DNA of 64,000 nucleotides from Alloascoidea hylecoeti. Its lineage: Eukaryota. The DNA lies in assembly GCA_001600815.1 (NCBI GenBank), contig BCKZ01000030.1, positions 93,918 through 157,917 on the forward strand. Direction: 5' to 3'. Below are positions 1 through 12,781 of the stretch, one piece after another; within the stretch, counting starts at the first letter, position 1, and the number at the start of each line of letters is the position of its first letter. The position numbers were made by a program, and so were the translations under genes. The notes below the pieces were generated by a model that saw only the letters and a list, made by a program, of their open reading frames with translations, did not search any database and had not been told where the DNA came from.

Positions 1-304
1 GATTCTATTTTTTGATTCTGTTGGTATTTCAAATTTAAGTACTAATTTAAATAAAGATTTAACAATCAACGGATCTAGATATGATAAAGATAGGAAATAT
101 GTTTACAGCTACAGAACTCAATACGTTCAAAAAAGAATAGATTTATACTATTTATGAAAATGAAAAATACTTAATCTTCTAATTAGCTATGGTGATTTAT
201 TTTAAAACTAAGCAGTAGAATAGGAAGGTGTTTAATATTTTAAGAAGAAAATATTATCATTAATAATAGGTACCTCTTCACTTAAGCTTTATTAATATTA
301 ATGT

Positions 305-490
305 TGATTTAAAAGGTATGATGATCATAAGAAGCTTTAATTACTTATCCTGGGATTTAGACTTTGGAAGGTTGGAAGCAAATTTTTGTATATTAATATA
401 TTGTATTTCAAAAATTTGTTTAATTGATTTAATAAGTTCATTTATTAATATTAACTGTAGATGTTTCTTGTAGCTCAAGCGTTACAACCG
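305..490 (+). pseudogene. Diverged inverted copy of the 3' end and 3' flank of orphan gene 6286-7245
   Basis: tttaaaaggtatgatgatcataagaagctttaa (FKRYDDHKKL*) matches the gene's C-terminus FRRYGDHKKL*. Downstream sequence aligns with the reverse complement of ~6140-6320. Confidence 0.8.
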
Positions 491-2259
491 AAGGAGAAGT
501 TAGGATCAAGCATAATAGAGGCATAAACAGAACCAAAGTTAACTTTTTTGAAAAATTGATACACTATAAAAATAATTTAGAATTAGGATTAAGGGAAATA
601 AAGATAAATTTTTACAAAATAAATGATTCTTTCGCATATTGCGAGATAAATAAAACAACAACAATAGTTGCAAATATAGAATCGTCTTAATTATAGGTTA
701 TAACAGATGTAACAAACAAGGTCATTTTTTGCGTCACAGTCAAAAGGAAGCTTAAGCTTATAAATAAGTAATTTGATAAAGGGTACTTTCTTACACTAAA
801 TATTCAGCCACATGATGCACTTGATGTTCGGGCTGAAGTTCGGGCCATGACGATGAAATAAATTATCAGCCACCGCCCATGACTAAACAAAGCATTTCTA
901 TTGGCTCAAACTGTAAAGTTAAATGACTTACGTAATCGTGATAGTTATTATTATGTAAGCAACACTTTAAATCTGAGAGATGACTGGAATTATTTTACCG
1001 CCGTTGAGCTAACGTGTAATTAGATGTACACGTGCTGATACAGAGGAAAACGAATGTACCGCGGGAAATTATTTCCACTTTAAAATATATCCACTTCTTC
1101 TCTATTCAACTTTTCTTTCGTTAACTTAGATGAACAAGTGTAATAATCTAACCTTGACAAATGCAAAAGCTTACGAGAATTGAATTAACTTTTGATTTTG
1201 CTGATTGGTCTCATTGCCAGAGTCAAAATTCATAGATAAAGTTTTTCAAATTTAATGCTTGGAAGTTCTGAGATGATAAAAGAGAATTTAAATTTAATTT
1301 TTCTTGTGTGCATATTAATTATTTGGTATTGGAATATGAGTTTGGAATTGTATGTTGATGTTAATGTTGAGGTTCATTGGAAATGTGTATGTATTATAAT
1401 ATGAGATTCTAATGATGTCTTCTTTAATTTTCCTCATTAGGATTATGCGATCGATCATAAGGCACCAAGTTACAAATACATCAATGACACCATTTCATTT
1501 TCATAAGATCATCATTCCCTTTATTTTTCCTATATCCGATCTTTTTATTCATCCTTATATAAAATTTCCACCTTGTTGAGGATTAATCCTTAGTTTTATA
1601 TACGGCCTTGTGTATATGGCCGCGCACGGTGTTTTCCGGCGACGTCTACATTAGACATAAGCTAGGGTGTTTTTAGATGGGCATAATTGTGCGCGTGGGG
1701 CACATATTTGGAATATGCGCGTTTTCGTTGTAGCGTGCGCGTAGCGGGTATATGTAGCTTCATTGTTTAAGTTGCAACTTGGAATTGAAATTTATATATT
1801 TAAATAGAATAAAAACTTAACAATATGACACGTTTCGATTAAATTGATAATTATCAGAATTTATGACGAAATCTCTCAATAAAATAAATAAATAAATATA
1901 TTAAAATAAACTTATATACATCTATCTAAGTTTAGTTATTTGGAAAAACAATCAATTTAAAATGTTTGTTTGTTAGTAGTTTAGCTTGTAATGTTATGCC
2001 AATGAATAAAATGAAAGATGAATAAAATAAATAAAATGAAAAATGAATAATGAATAATGATAAATCATAAATCATAAATATAAAAGAAATGAAATATTTA
2101 ACTCCAAATAAAAGAATCCAACAAAATGTGAAACAAATTTTAAAGAAAACGGAACTACTCCTCAACAAATTATTTAATCAATCAATCAATAAATAATAAT
2201 AATTATGAAATTCTTGATCAACAACTTAAACCACCACTCGTAAATTTTATAATTATAAC

Positions 2260-3789
2260 TTAATAAGCATTAATAGGAATCCATCTTTTATTACACCATC
2301 CTTTAACTGTAAAATTTAAACATTTATTGAATTCTCCATTATTATTGTTACTATTACAATTATTTCTTTTATTGAAATTTTTCTTCATAAATTCAATTGT
2401 TTCTGGACTTAATGTTTTCATAGAATTATTATAGTTGTTGTTATCATTTATATTTATAATATCTTGTTCTTGTTGTATATTATAATCATAACCTGACCAA
2501 GCTGTCATAAATCTTCTTGATAAACTTGAAGAAGATGATGAATTATTTGATGACGAATTTAATAATGATAAAGAAGATTTATTTTTATTTGTAATAACTG
2601 TATTGTTTGAATTTTCATTTGAATCACCAACATAAACATAATCACAAATATTAATTAATGGATTCATTATTGAATCAGAACGTGGGGGCAACATAATCAT
2701 ATCCCATGCTTTACTTTTTAAATCTTTTGTTTTTATAATTAAATTATTATTATCATCTTTTGATTTAATTTGAACTGTCCATGGAATATTATATTTTTTC
2801 ATTAATGTTTCTGTTGCATAAACACGCAAAAAATTTGAATTAAGTCTTGCTTCTCTTGGTTTTATTGTAATTTCAATATTTGATGATATTAATGGATTAT
2901 TATTTTGAAGAACTTCTCTGATACTATATGTTTTTAATGGAACAAATTTAAAATTATTAATATCATTATTTTTACTTTTATTTGAATTTGAATTAAGTGA
3001 ACTTGAACTTGTTGTTAATGGTTGAGAAGGAACATGCATTAAACCAGGTGGTGGTACTTTATCATCTGTTAACCTTGGACTTATATCTATTGATAAATTT
3101 ATTAATGATTGCTGAGCAGTTGATATATTTGCCGCTATTGATTTTAAAGTCTTTAGAGATTTTGTTAAATTTGATACAAATTTTGATTTTTTGTCATTTT
3201 TTTTAGTTGTAATTGAAATTATATCTTCTTCTAAATCTTCCCCCTCACACTCTGTTTCAGTTTCAGAATCAGAATCAGAATTAGATAATGTAAATGATTC
3301 AGATAATGGATGAGAATTTAAATCAACTCTTTCAGATTTTGAAGGTATTGGAAATGAAGAAAATAAAAAAGATTCATTTATACTATTACTACTTGATGAA
3401 CAAGTTGAAAATGAACCACTTGAATCTCTTGATAAATTACTATCATAAGAATTTGAATCTAATGATGAATAATTATCTTCTTCTAATAGAGAATCTAATA
3501 ATAATTGTGAATGTAATTGTGGACTATCATATAATGAATTCCAAGGATCATCTGCAAAACTTTCTTGTTCTTCTTGTTGTTGCAAAATTTCTGATGTTTG
3601 TACTACTTCATTAATTAATTCTTTTGATAAACAAGATTCGCCCCGCGGTCTTTGCCTTTGTTCAAATGATTGTATACTACTTTTTCTTCTCTTACCGGGC
3701 TTTATCATAACAGGTATAAAAGTCGAGGATAAAACACTTTTAACAGCAGGTGTTAAATTTTGATGATGAGTAACAGGAAAATGAGCCAT
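2260..3789 (-). CDS. Ser/Asn-rich fungal protein of unknown function (509 aa)
   Basis: Long ATG-started ORF. The C-terminal motifs PREARLNSNFLRVYA, AWDMIMLPPRSD and KGWCNKRW look like conserved blocks within low-complexity sequence. Family not confidently named. Confidence 0.8.
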   Translation of the reverse strand: MAHFPVTHHQNLTPAVKSVLSSTFIPVMIKPGKRRKSSIQSFEQRQRPRGESCLSKELINEVVQTSEILQQQEEQESFADDPWNSLYDSPQLHSQLLLDSLLEEDNYSSLDSNSYDSNLSRDSSGSFSTCSSSSNSINESFLFSSFPIPSKSERVDLNSHPLSESFTLSNSDSDSETETECEGEDLEEDIISITTKKNDKKSKFVSNLTKSLKTLKSIAANISTAQQSLINLSIDISPRLTDDKVPPPGLMHVPSQPLTTSSSSLNSNSNKSKNNDINNFKFVPLKTYSIREVLQNNNPLISSNIEITIKPREARLNSNFLRVYATETLMKKYNIPWTVQIKSKDDNNNLIIKTKDLKSKAWDMIMLPPRSDSIMNPLINICDYVYVGDSNENSNNTVITNKNKSSLSLLNSSSNNSSSSSSLSRRFMTAWSGYDYNIQQEQDIININDNNNYNNSMKTLSPETIEFMKKNFNKRNNCNSNNNNGEFNKCLNFTVKGWCNKRWIPINAY

Positions 3790-6285
3790 ATTGTGAAAGT
3801 ACTAGTGTTACTAACAAAGAAAACAGAAAAGAGTCAGAAGATCTTCTTATCTATTTCTCATTTCAGACTAACCCGGCTTTCCATATGTGCGCTCGATGCA
3901 CCCCTCATGCATGCCGTTCGGCTCTTCCAACATGCCTTCCTATTTCAGCAGTAACTTCCTGGATACTGCATATCCGTGCATACCCTTCCATGACTAATGA
4001 AATACTGCCACTCCTTTTATTTCCGACGGTCACGTGGCAGACTCCAGAACATCTGCTTCACAAGTTTCATTCGGCGATATAATTGACTTTGTTATCGTGA
4101 TTTTAATTCATTCCAATTAAGGCAAAGTTTAAGTGTTTTCTCTGTATAGTCTCATGTGCAGAAACAAGTTTGGGAAAAAGTTCTTAAAAAACATATTCTT
4201 TATCAATTAATATATGCACTAACCACGACATACATGAGCTCTTTTTAATCGGATTTCAGATTGTTTTTAGAATATAAATTTAGAAGTTAGCTATAGTAAC
4301 GTTAGTAGCTATCATGTAGTAGATAATGAGCCAACATGGGGGTAAAACATGGACAATTCAATTGGACGGCTCATCGAAAATCAAGTAGATGTGTGATATT
4401 GTATATTCTCCAACCCCATATATAATTAAGTATGCATATATCCATAATTCCTGTCAGCCCCCCAAAAAAAAAAGATCAGATTATTGATTATCATTTAGTT
4501 TTATAATTAATCATCATTATTAGTTCCAGACACGATTTTGAAATTTTTCTGGAATGCTAATAAAGTGATAGTATTAATTAATTTATATTAATAAATGAAT
4601 AAATAAATAGATCATCATATCTATTTCGAATAAGAAGCTTTTACACACTTGATCTGGAGACCGCAATTTATCCAAAAAACGATGGAAAAAATGGCCTCCT
4701 CTTCATTTTATTAGTCGTGCGACTTTCGATAAATTAAAAGTAATTAATTGAAAAGAAAGAAAGTAAGAACCAAACTATTTACAATACAAAACAAAAACCA
4801 TAACATCTAAACAAATACTTCTCAAACAATCATACTCGTGAATCCTGATACTCGCCGAATCTTAAGTCAGATCACTTTCCTTGATAGACTCAAAATGTTG
4901 TATCAATATGGTGATATTTTCCTTTTGAAACCGGATTAGATGCCCAATTAATTACTGTGAAATTATCTGTTATGAGTTCCATTGTTGTCCTCTTATATAA
5001 ATACATAAACATTGTAGTCTTTTTCCTTTATGTTTTTATTAATTAGTTCTACTATAATATATATTTCAATGTCTACAATCATACATTGTAAATCATCCAG
5101 GCATACAATTATTATAGATAGAAGCAGATTTTTAGGGTCAGATAGAATCTCAGATCTAGAAATCACAACTTGAATATATACATATATACTGCAAAAAAAA
5201 AAACTAAATCGTTACTTAAGAACCCCTCAATTCTCGAAATCCTTTGTCAAAGACACAAAACTTGAAGAATCATCTAGATATTCCGATAGGAATGTTAACG
5301 AATTCAAACTCTTATTTGAAGATTTTCAAGAAAAAATTGATACAAGCAAACAAGTGAATTGAGGCTTGAGACTAAGTAACAAATTTCTAACTTGAGATCT
5401 GATTTACTTCTTCAAAGGGACACAGACTCCAGATATTCAATGTTAATATCATTCTAATAAATGATGAACTTCAATAAATTCATTAATTTATCAGCCATTT
5501 CACAAGCATGCATATGGTCCCATAATTCAGAATCAGTAGCTTCGTTTGTAATTGTCGATTTCCTCTTTGATGCCTATCTATAAAATGACCATGGGCTGTC
5601 AGAATTATCAAAAGAGAGGTACTGTCTGAATAAAATGAAATGGAATTTGATTATAACTAACTAGTAATTTTCCCTCGAGTAGATTGAAGGAAATTCCACA
5701 TCGATTTAAAGGGACATGATGGATCAAGGTATTTCCTACCATCGGTGAATATAATACATTATCTATAAATACGGAGATTAAATTTTATTATCTATACAAA
5801 AGGAAGATATAATTCATCCCTTTTAGGTAATATATTATCGATATCCAAATAAAAATGGATCCTATTTGCTATTAAGGTAGTCTCATTTCTATTGTATAAC
5901 GGTTTGTAGTTAGTGAATAACTTCCTCATTGTAATGATAATTACTATTTGTAATTAATATATAACTTATACAAATTGAAATGTCGTGATATTGATTATGA
6001 TATTTATATACTTGTTTGTCTGACATTGACTATGTTTTCCCATTTATAGTCATAAACTTATAAAATGTTTCATCATGCTGTAGGCTTTATCAACTTATTT
6101 ATTCATTTCCTTTTTCAAATTCCATTCGACAGCCACGGTAGTAATTGTAAGCTTATAATTGAGATCATTACAATTTCTCTACAGTTAATATTAATTTAGA
6201 TAGATTTATTAAATCATTTAAACAAATACAATATTAATAATACTTGTATACAGAAAGTTTCTTTCAAAGTCTAAATCCTAAGTAG

Positions 6286-7245
6286 TTAAAGCTTCTTATG
6301 ATCACCATACCTTCTAAATCGTAAAAATTTACTCTTTTTTGAACTTTTTGATTTTTTCAACTGTAAAACGGGTTCCTCATCTTTATCATCACTAGATCCT
6401 TTGATTGTTGAATTATCATCTAAATTAGTAATTATGATTGAAGAATTGGTTGAATCAAAAATATGATCCCATTTACAATGTTTCCCTTCATTATCCATAT
6501 TATAAAATTCTGATGTTGGATAACTATAACGTGTATTATCTTCCAATTTTGGTTCTTTTTCATTTACTTTATAATCATATTCAACTTCATAATTACTTTC
6601 AATCTCTGCATCAATATCCGACTCACAAGATGATTCTAAATCATCATGACAATGGGCTACAGCAGTATCGTTATCTTCAGTCATTTGATTACATGCATTA
6701 GTAGAATATTCATCCGAATTTCTCTTAGAGACATATGGGTCAGTAGAGTTTGTTGAGTTTGAAGAATATGTTCTAATATGTGATGAGATACTATAAGTAT
6801 CATCATTAAAAGAACTAGCACTCTCAGTAATACTAGTACTAATATAGCCATCCCTCTTATTATTATTCCGATTTGGATTTAAATTGTTTATCTTAGGTGT
6901 AACATTTTTAAGTGTATAATCAGGATTTAGTTCATAATCTCCACTAATAAAAGGCCCTTGTTGCTTTTCTATTTTACTAACAGCATATTTTCTATAGTTC
7001 TCAAAGGAATCAATTTCAATTGGTATAAAAGGAGTACAAGTTAAAGAACAGTTTCTCAAGTTGAGTAAGTTGCATTTATTTAAAATGATGACTTCTTCTT
7101 TATAACGTTTTAGTATGAAATATTCTGTTGCTTCTTCTAAAGATTTTCTTTGAGAAGGAGATAAATTCGAAGCACTCATTGTATTGTGTGATGAACTGCG
7201 ATTGCAGATGGTTTCAATATTTATTGAAGTATTTATTGACGACAT
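6286..7245 (-). CDS. Orphan protein (319 aa), acidic/Ser-rich with basic C-terminal tail
   Basis: ATG-started ORF preceded by an A-rich context. No recognisable domain. Two broken paralogous copies occur in this window. Confidence 0.65.
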   Translation of the reverse strand: MSSINTSINIETICNRSSSHNTMSASNLSPSQRKSLEEATEYFILKRYKEEVIILNKCNLLNLRNCSLTCTPFIPIEIDSFENYRKYAVSKIEKQQGPFISGDYELNPDYTLKNVTPKINNLNPNRNNNKRDGYISTSITESASSFNDDTYSISSHIRTYSSNSTNSTDPYVSKRNSDEYSTNACNQMTEDNDTAVAHCHDDLESSCESDIDAEIESNYEVEYDYKVNEKEPKLEDNTRYSYPTSEFYNMDNEGKHCKWDHIFDSTNSSIIITNLDDNSTIKGSSDDKDEEPVLQLKKSKSSKKSKFLRFRRYGDHKKL

Positions 7246-8235
7246 TTTTAATATTTCAAAATATTAGATTGTGGAGAAGATAGAGAGGGCCACTTGATTA
7301 TTTAAAGAGTCTCGATGTTCATATTAGATAGGTACATAATTTGCATTATTTCAATCAAAACTTGCCAAAAAAGTTATTTGCATTTTCTTTATGATGTGTA
7401 TTTTCCTAAATAGTCTTTCTGCATATTTTCTTCTTCTATAATCATGCATTCCCACAGTCGTAAATATTAATTGTTTGAATTTGAATAACAATATTGTAAT
7501 CAATATAACTATTGATTCTTTGAAGAAAGACTACTTGAAAAGTTTTCCTTTTGATATTATTGATACTACTTTTGGTAACTTCTCTACTTCAGGGCTTGAA
7601 GTCATGATATCCTTTGGGCATGGATTTTCTCATTATAATTAAAGTTTGAGTTGGACGATATTCATACTTACATATTAATATGTGACACACAAAATAGGAA
7701 ACTACATCAAACAAATCATCCAATACAGGTAATCGCTAGGAAATGATGATGATAATGATACATTATATATAAAAGGAGGACAGAGAAATGACTATAATAA
7801 GCACTAACAAAAAAAAATATTACATCCGAAAGGTTTTACATATATAATCTCTCTCAAGGTGGACAATAGTACGGTTGTTAACAACAACATGCCTAAATTT
7901 GAAATAGGATTTTTTGCAAACAGTTCGTTCTATCAGCTACTCCGCATAAATCGCTAATACAAGAAACTGTTTAGGACAATCTGCGAATAATGCTGGAAGA
8001 ACAAAGAGGTTATGAGTGGAGAATAAAGGAAAATATGAATTCTACGGTATTAAACTATTTTACATTTGAACAAATTATACAATATACCTACCATCTTGGA
8101 AGAAAACGTTTTATATAAAACTTCTTGATTCCATGGACTTCCAGTAGTATATAAATAAGTATAAAGATCCCTAAATGAGAATTCCCATTCATTCTTTTAA
8201 TTTTCCCCAAATAAAATTTTTCTATATACTAAAAA

Positions 8236-8887
8236 ATGAAACTTTCTACATTAGCATTCTCTGCTTTATCTACAATTTCATTAGCAAATGCTACTGATAT
8301 TAATAAAATTTCGGTACCTTCCCCAACTGTTTCTGCTGCTTCATTTCCAAAGGGCGACGGTCATGTTACTGTAAATGGAATAATGGTGAATACCATTACA
8401 AGGAAGCAACAACAACAGCTAGTTAAAATATTTAATAGCTCATATACCAGGATCACAAACTTAGGAAAGCTTAAGAAAATTAGTATGACAGTAGAGAATG
8501 ATAATGTGGGACTTCATATTAAACAAGAATGCCTTCTTAAAGCTTAAAGGTGCTCGTCAAGCTCCTCCAAAAACACCACCACAAGTACAAACACCTCCTA
8601 AATTCATTAGCACTCTTGAATCAGAAGAACACTTCTTCCAACTCCTACTGGTGGAAATGTAAAGGTAAAACAGTAGTTCCAACGATATAGAAGCAGTTAT
8701 CGCAAGAGTGGAGGATATAGAGGAGGTATTAAAAATAGCTTATCTTCTTGATATGAACGAAGAGGATAAAAATTTGATGTCTGAATTCTTGAATTCACGA
8801 TTTAAACTTCCCACAGGTTTTATCCAGGGGATTTTAAATAACGATTTTGACCATATAAATATTAAATCTTACCAGAACTATCACTAG
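8236..8887 (+). pseudogene. Probable frameshifted secreted protein gene
   Basis: Signal peptide MKLSTLAFSALSTISLANA after aaaaaATG and an upstream TATA. The ORF stops at 8547, but coding-like frames continue (GARQAPPKTPPQVQTPP...; SNDIEAVIARVEDIEEVLKIAY...YQNYH* ending 8887). Confidence 0.5.
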
Positions 8888-9100
8888 ATTATAACATTAA
8901 TGGCATAACCTACCTTTAGTTTTAAAATAGTTTTTTTTTCATTTAAAATTTGGCTATTAGAAATATACACAAATCATAAGTTATAAACAATTATATATGT
9001 GTAATGATTCACCATGATTGGTTATAGACCAACACCTCTCCTCTCATTTCAATATAAGTAACATATACATGCTGCCATGGCTCTGCAGATAATTTTCATC

Positions 9101-9993
9101 TGTTAATGTTCACCTTATACAATTAAAAGTTTCTAAAATAAAATTATGTTGACCCATTAAGTCAGTGCAAATTGACACAACAATATATATGTAAATAGTT
9201 CGATAGATATTTAGACTCCACTTCAATACTAAATTTTAACATCAATATTATCAATATATTTATATTAATCAATACACGAACTAAAGGTATTAATAACTGT
9301 AAATAAGATAATTAGAATGGAAGATAAACCATCAACAAGTAGATATATGGCCAATAGTCTTGGTCCAGTTAACCATTCCGTCAGCACCTTTAGAAATTTC
9401 CAATCGATTTAGTGGATATAATAGTATGTTAATAGAATTAGGAGTTCGATTCCAGTCAGAAGAGTGTGGAATGAAAGTATGTAGAACTCTTTGGATATTT
9501 TCAGGGGGATGAGTATGAGCGCCGCTACCATAAGCTAATGAAGGTCTATTCACATCTTGTTGTTCTTCATATGCACATTCGAGATCTACTTCATCCAAAT
9601 TATCCTTATTAATTAAGCCCTTTACATTAATAAGCCTATTGAATGTTTCGATCATCTCATCAATCTTCTTAGTCATCAAGGCATTTGAATATTCCATATT
9701 CTTGACTCTTTCTGAGATCGACGACTTGTGGACCAAGACTATTGGCCGTATATCTACTTGTTGATGGTTTATCTTCCATTCTAATTATCTTATTTACAGT
9801 TATTAATACCTTTAGTTCGTGTATTGATTAATATAAATATATTGATAATATTGGTTAAGATTTAGTATTGAAGTGGAGTCTAAATATCTATCGAACTATT
9901 TACATATATATTGTTGTGTCAATTTGCACTGACTTAATGGGTCAACATAATTTTATTTTAGAAACTTTTAATTGTATAAGGTGAACTTTAACA
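9101..9993. repeat. Long inverted repeat / fold-back element: arms 9101-9367 and 9729-9993, 361-bp spacer
   Basis: The arms are reverse complements differing by 3 substitutions and one 2-nt indel. Ends are TGTTAA...TTAACA. Flanks are TCATC / CCATC. Confidence 0.97.
9332..9736 (-). other. Open frame spanning the spacer of the fold-back element (134 codons; captured gene or TE fragment?)
   Basis: Stop-free frame running across the whole spacer into the left arm. The first in-frame ATG gives MEYSNALMTKKIDEMIETFNRL. No recognisable domain. Confidence 0.35.
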
Positions 9994-10244
9994 CCATCAT
10001 CTCTTAATTGTAAAGCAAATTAACATTTCCAAGAGAAAAAAAATTAAATAATCTTGTGGTATTAGAATATAAGATTACAGGAAAACAAGGGAAGGTAAAT
10101 CTGAGTAATTGGGATTGAAAAGTGTAGAAGATTATATGATACACTTTCATATTAATTCGCTGATAACACAAAGAAGTGATAGCAAATATTGCATGTATGA
10201 TATGGAGGCATACAAAAGAGCTTCCAAAAATCTAAAATATATTA

Positions 10245-10563
10245 AATAGTAATAGCAACGCCTTTGTTTAAAACATCTACTCCTTATTTCGACATTTCTT
10301 TTAATCCTTCATTTGAATTGTGTAAGCAAAACAACTATTTGGTGTTTAGGAAACAAATTCAGAAGATTCGCATAAAAAGTATTCCTATTCGGTTGTTACA
10401 TTTAATTGGGAAGAAGCTAAGAAACCTATGAGAAGCACATCAAATATCCCAAACGAACATTAATATCATAATCATTCTTCATAAATGTTAGTCAAAATTG
10501 AAATATCAATCCTTTATATTTTATAATAAAATACTTATCTTGAAGAATAAAAAACTGAAGTCC
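10245..10563 (+). repeat. Copy A of an inverted duplication (partner 19150-19505)
   Basis: aaaagtattcctattcggttgttacatttaattgggaagaagctaagaaacctatgagaagcacatc...atacttatcttgaagaataaaaaa is reverse-complemented almost exactly at 19160-19342. Copy A lacks a ~27-nt segment present in copy B. Confidence 0.93.
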
Positions 10564-11625
10564 TTTTCCTTTAGTTGATCACAAACAATATTTAACCCAA
10601 TTTCCACTACTTCCTTTCTTTGTATCTGGCCTAATAAAGAATTTGAAAAAATCACTAACTGAAGCATAACAGTTTTGAGATAGGAGAATTGGCCGTTTTT
10701 TCAAGAATTTGAGATGAATTCAATGGCGATCCCTTGTTCTGTAACCGGGTTGGATTAAAACGTATAAGATTCCCAAGTGTAGAAAGGATTACTAATAAAT
10801 TTCTAAGTTCAGCATATTCTAGTAATAACATTTACAATTACTATAGGCCTATGCGTAGTTATTTATAACAGGAAGCGAATTATACGGTAGAAATGGGCTA
10901 AATGTTTACATGTGTGACAAAATGTTTTGTACCATGTATTCTTGTTAAGTGTAAGTAAGTGTATTAAAACTAATAACCCCCAATTCAGAATATTTAATTC
11001 TATCATAGCACAGAGGTATAGGGTTAGAAAACTAATATCGCCCTCATCGATGTTTCATGTTCTTAATATATTTTAAAAAATCAAAAGCAAAATCAAAATC
11101 AAAAAAAAAGCCAAAAAAAAAAAAAAAAAAAAGNAAGTATATACGGTAGAGGTATATATATAATTGATAAAAGTCTCAAATATTTATGAAAGAGTAATCC
11201 CATTTTGTAAAATTTCATTCATATTCATTCATATAAAAAAAGGTAGGGATCCAACCAAGTATAACCTAAAAAATAAAAGAATCAGTTTGAAATAGAAATT
11301 TATTAATGACACGAAAGTTTATACCATGGAAATATATTGTTAGATTCAGATTTTCTTGATATATTATATTAAGTTTTTTTGTGGAATTGTTTTTTTGGGT
11401 TGTTGTTTTTCATAAGGAAGGGTGAAATCATCATTATGGGTGCTTGATAATGAGTTTAGTACCAATGAGTTATGATTTGTATTTACTGTAACGCATATAT
11501 AAAATAAATAAATCGTTTTCTGAGGCAAATAATATTGAGCCAAGTTATTAGATAAAAAAAAAGAAATTCTTATCATAAGGAGTTGTTGTTAATTTAAAAG
11601 AACATACAATAATGAATGAGCATGT

Positions 11626-12234
11626 TTATCGACTAGAGTGGGAAAATTCTGTTTTCCGGCGTTTTGTAAGAACTGATAAGTCATTATCACTTGTTGGAGT
11701 CATTTGATCCAAATCAATAGAAGACTGCTTCTTTCTCTTTCTCTTTTTCTTCATTTTAGATATCTTTGCAAGAGCACCATCGTCATTAGAGGTTTCAACC
11801 TGAGTAAAAGTATTCTCAGCACCAAGGGAAGATAAATATGCATCACCGACTGCCAGCATCGCTGCATCAGCACCAGGAATTCCATTTAGACCCGTCTTCT
11901 CGAAATTTAGCGCTCTATTTAACATACCCGTGTCTAGCTGCCTAATCTGTACGGGTGGTCCCTCTGGAGGAGGTTGGAACGCGACCTGTAGAAGAGAGTG
12001 CTCACCAGGAGAAACCGTATGCTTTCCAGGCAGGTCTTGGATGTGACCTTTGTATGACTTTCGGAGTTTTTTCTTTTCGCCCGTCACCGGATCGAACCGT
12101 GCAACTGATTCCGATATTTTGTTCAAGCCAAACATCCGCAAGAGGTTGTCGCATGCAGATGGCCTAGGGACATGATATTCCGTTTGGCTTAAACAATAGA
12201 AATTTGGACTCTTTGAATGGACGGAGGAGGGCAT
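11626..12234 (-). CDS. ROX3: Mediator subunit Med19 (Rox3)
   Basis: DNLLRMFGLNKISESVAR...GEKKKLRKSYKGHIQDLPGKH is the fungal Med19 signature, followed by a Lys-rich tail. First ATG is at 12234. Confidence 0.9.
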   Translation of the reverse strand: MPSSVHSKSPNFYCLSQTEYHVPRPSACDNLLRMFGLNKISESVARFDPVTGEKKKLRKSYKGHIQDLPGKHTVSPGEHSLLQVAFQPPPEGPPVQIRQLDTGMLNRALNFEKTGLNGIPGADAAMLAVGDAYLSSLGAENTFTQVETSNDDGALAKISKMKKKRKRKKQSSIDLDQMTPTSDNDLSVLTKRRKTEFSHSSR

Positions 12235-12492
12235 GTTTGGTTGATTTGGGTGCCTCAGGAAAACCACTCAGAAAAAGTGAAGGTGAGTTGTCGAAGAGTG
12301 ATGGTTTGCTTAATAAGCGTTATGCACGTGTATATAGTTAGGGCTGTTACGTTGACATAAAACACAGTCACCTTCAAATTTTCATGCGGTCGTATATTTG
12401 AGACTACAGCGTACTATTCAGGCCGTAGTTCAGGAAGATATTCACAATTAGAAACTCATCAAAGGTCTAGTTTAACATAACCAACAACAAAG

Positions 12493-12781
12493 GTATGTTT
12501 TAATTTTTAAAACCGATGAGGATATTGCGAGGGTCGTTATGGAGAGAACGTTTGGATGATATCAACATCTGTGACTAGAATTCAAGAAAGCCTTTTGAAT
12601 GTAGAAAATTTTAAGAATCGATCTAAATCAAATAATTTGATACTCAACCATATTGTACAGCAAATGAAAATGTTATTCAACAATTCAGATACTTGTTACT
12701 AATTCGTATCCAATCATTCACTCCATAAGTTTCGTCAATTCCTTTTAACTGTTGGGTTTCTCAACTAACTTATAATTCTAG
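12493..12781 (+). other. 5'UTR intron of RPL32
   Basis: GTATGT donor, ACTAAC branch site near 12764, and a TAG acceptor directly abutting the ATG. Confidence 0.85.

Noticed and set aside
9101..9367. Arm as a solo Ty LTR (starts TG, ends CA)
   Set aside because: The copies are inverted rather than direct, and there is no convincing primer-binding site or gag/pol motif. Kept only as a minor alternative.
9441..9455. tRNA T-loop / B-box-like GTTCGATTCC
   Set aside because: No T-stem, A-box or cloverleaf can be formed. No tRNA gene was identified in the window.
11090..11140. Poly-A run containing an N
   Set aside because: Homopolymer / assembly ambiguity, not a feature.
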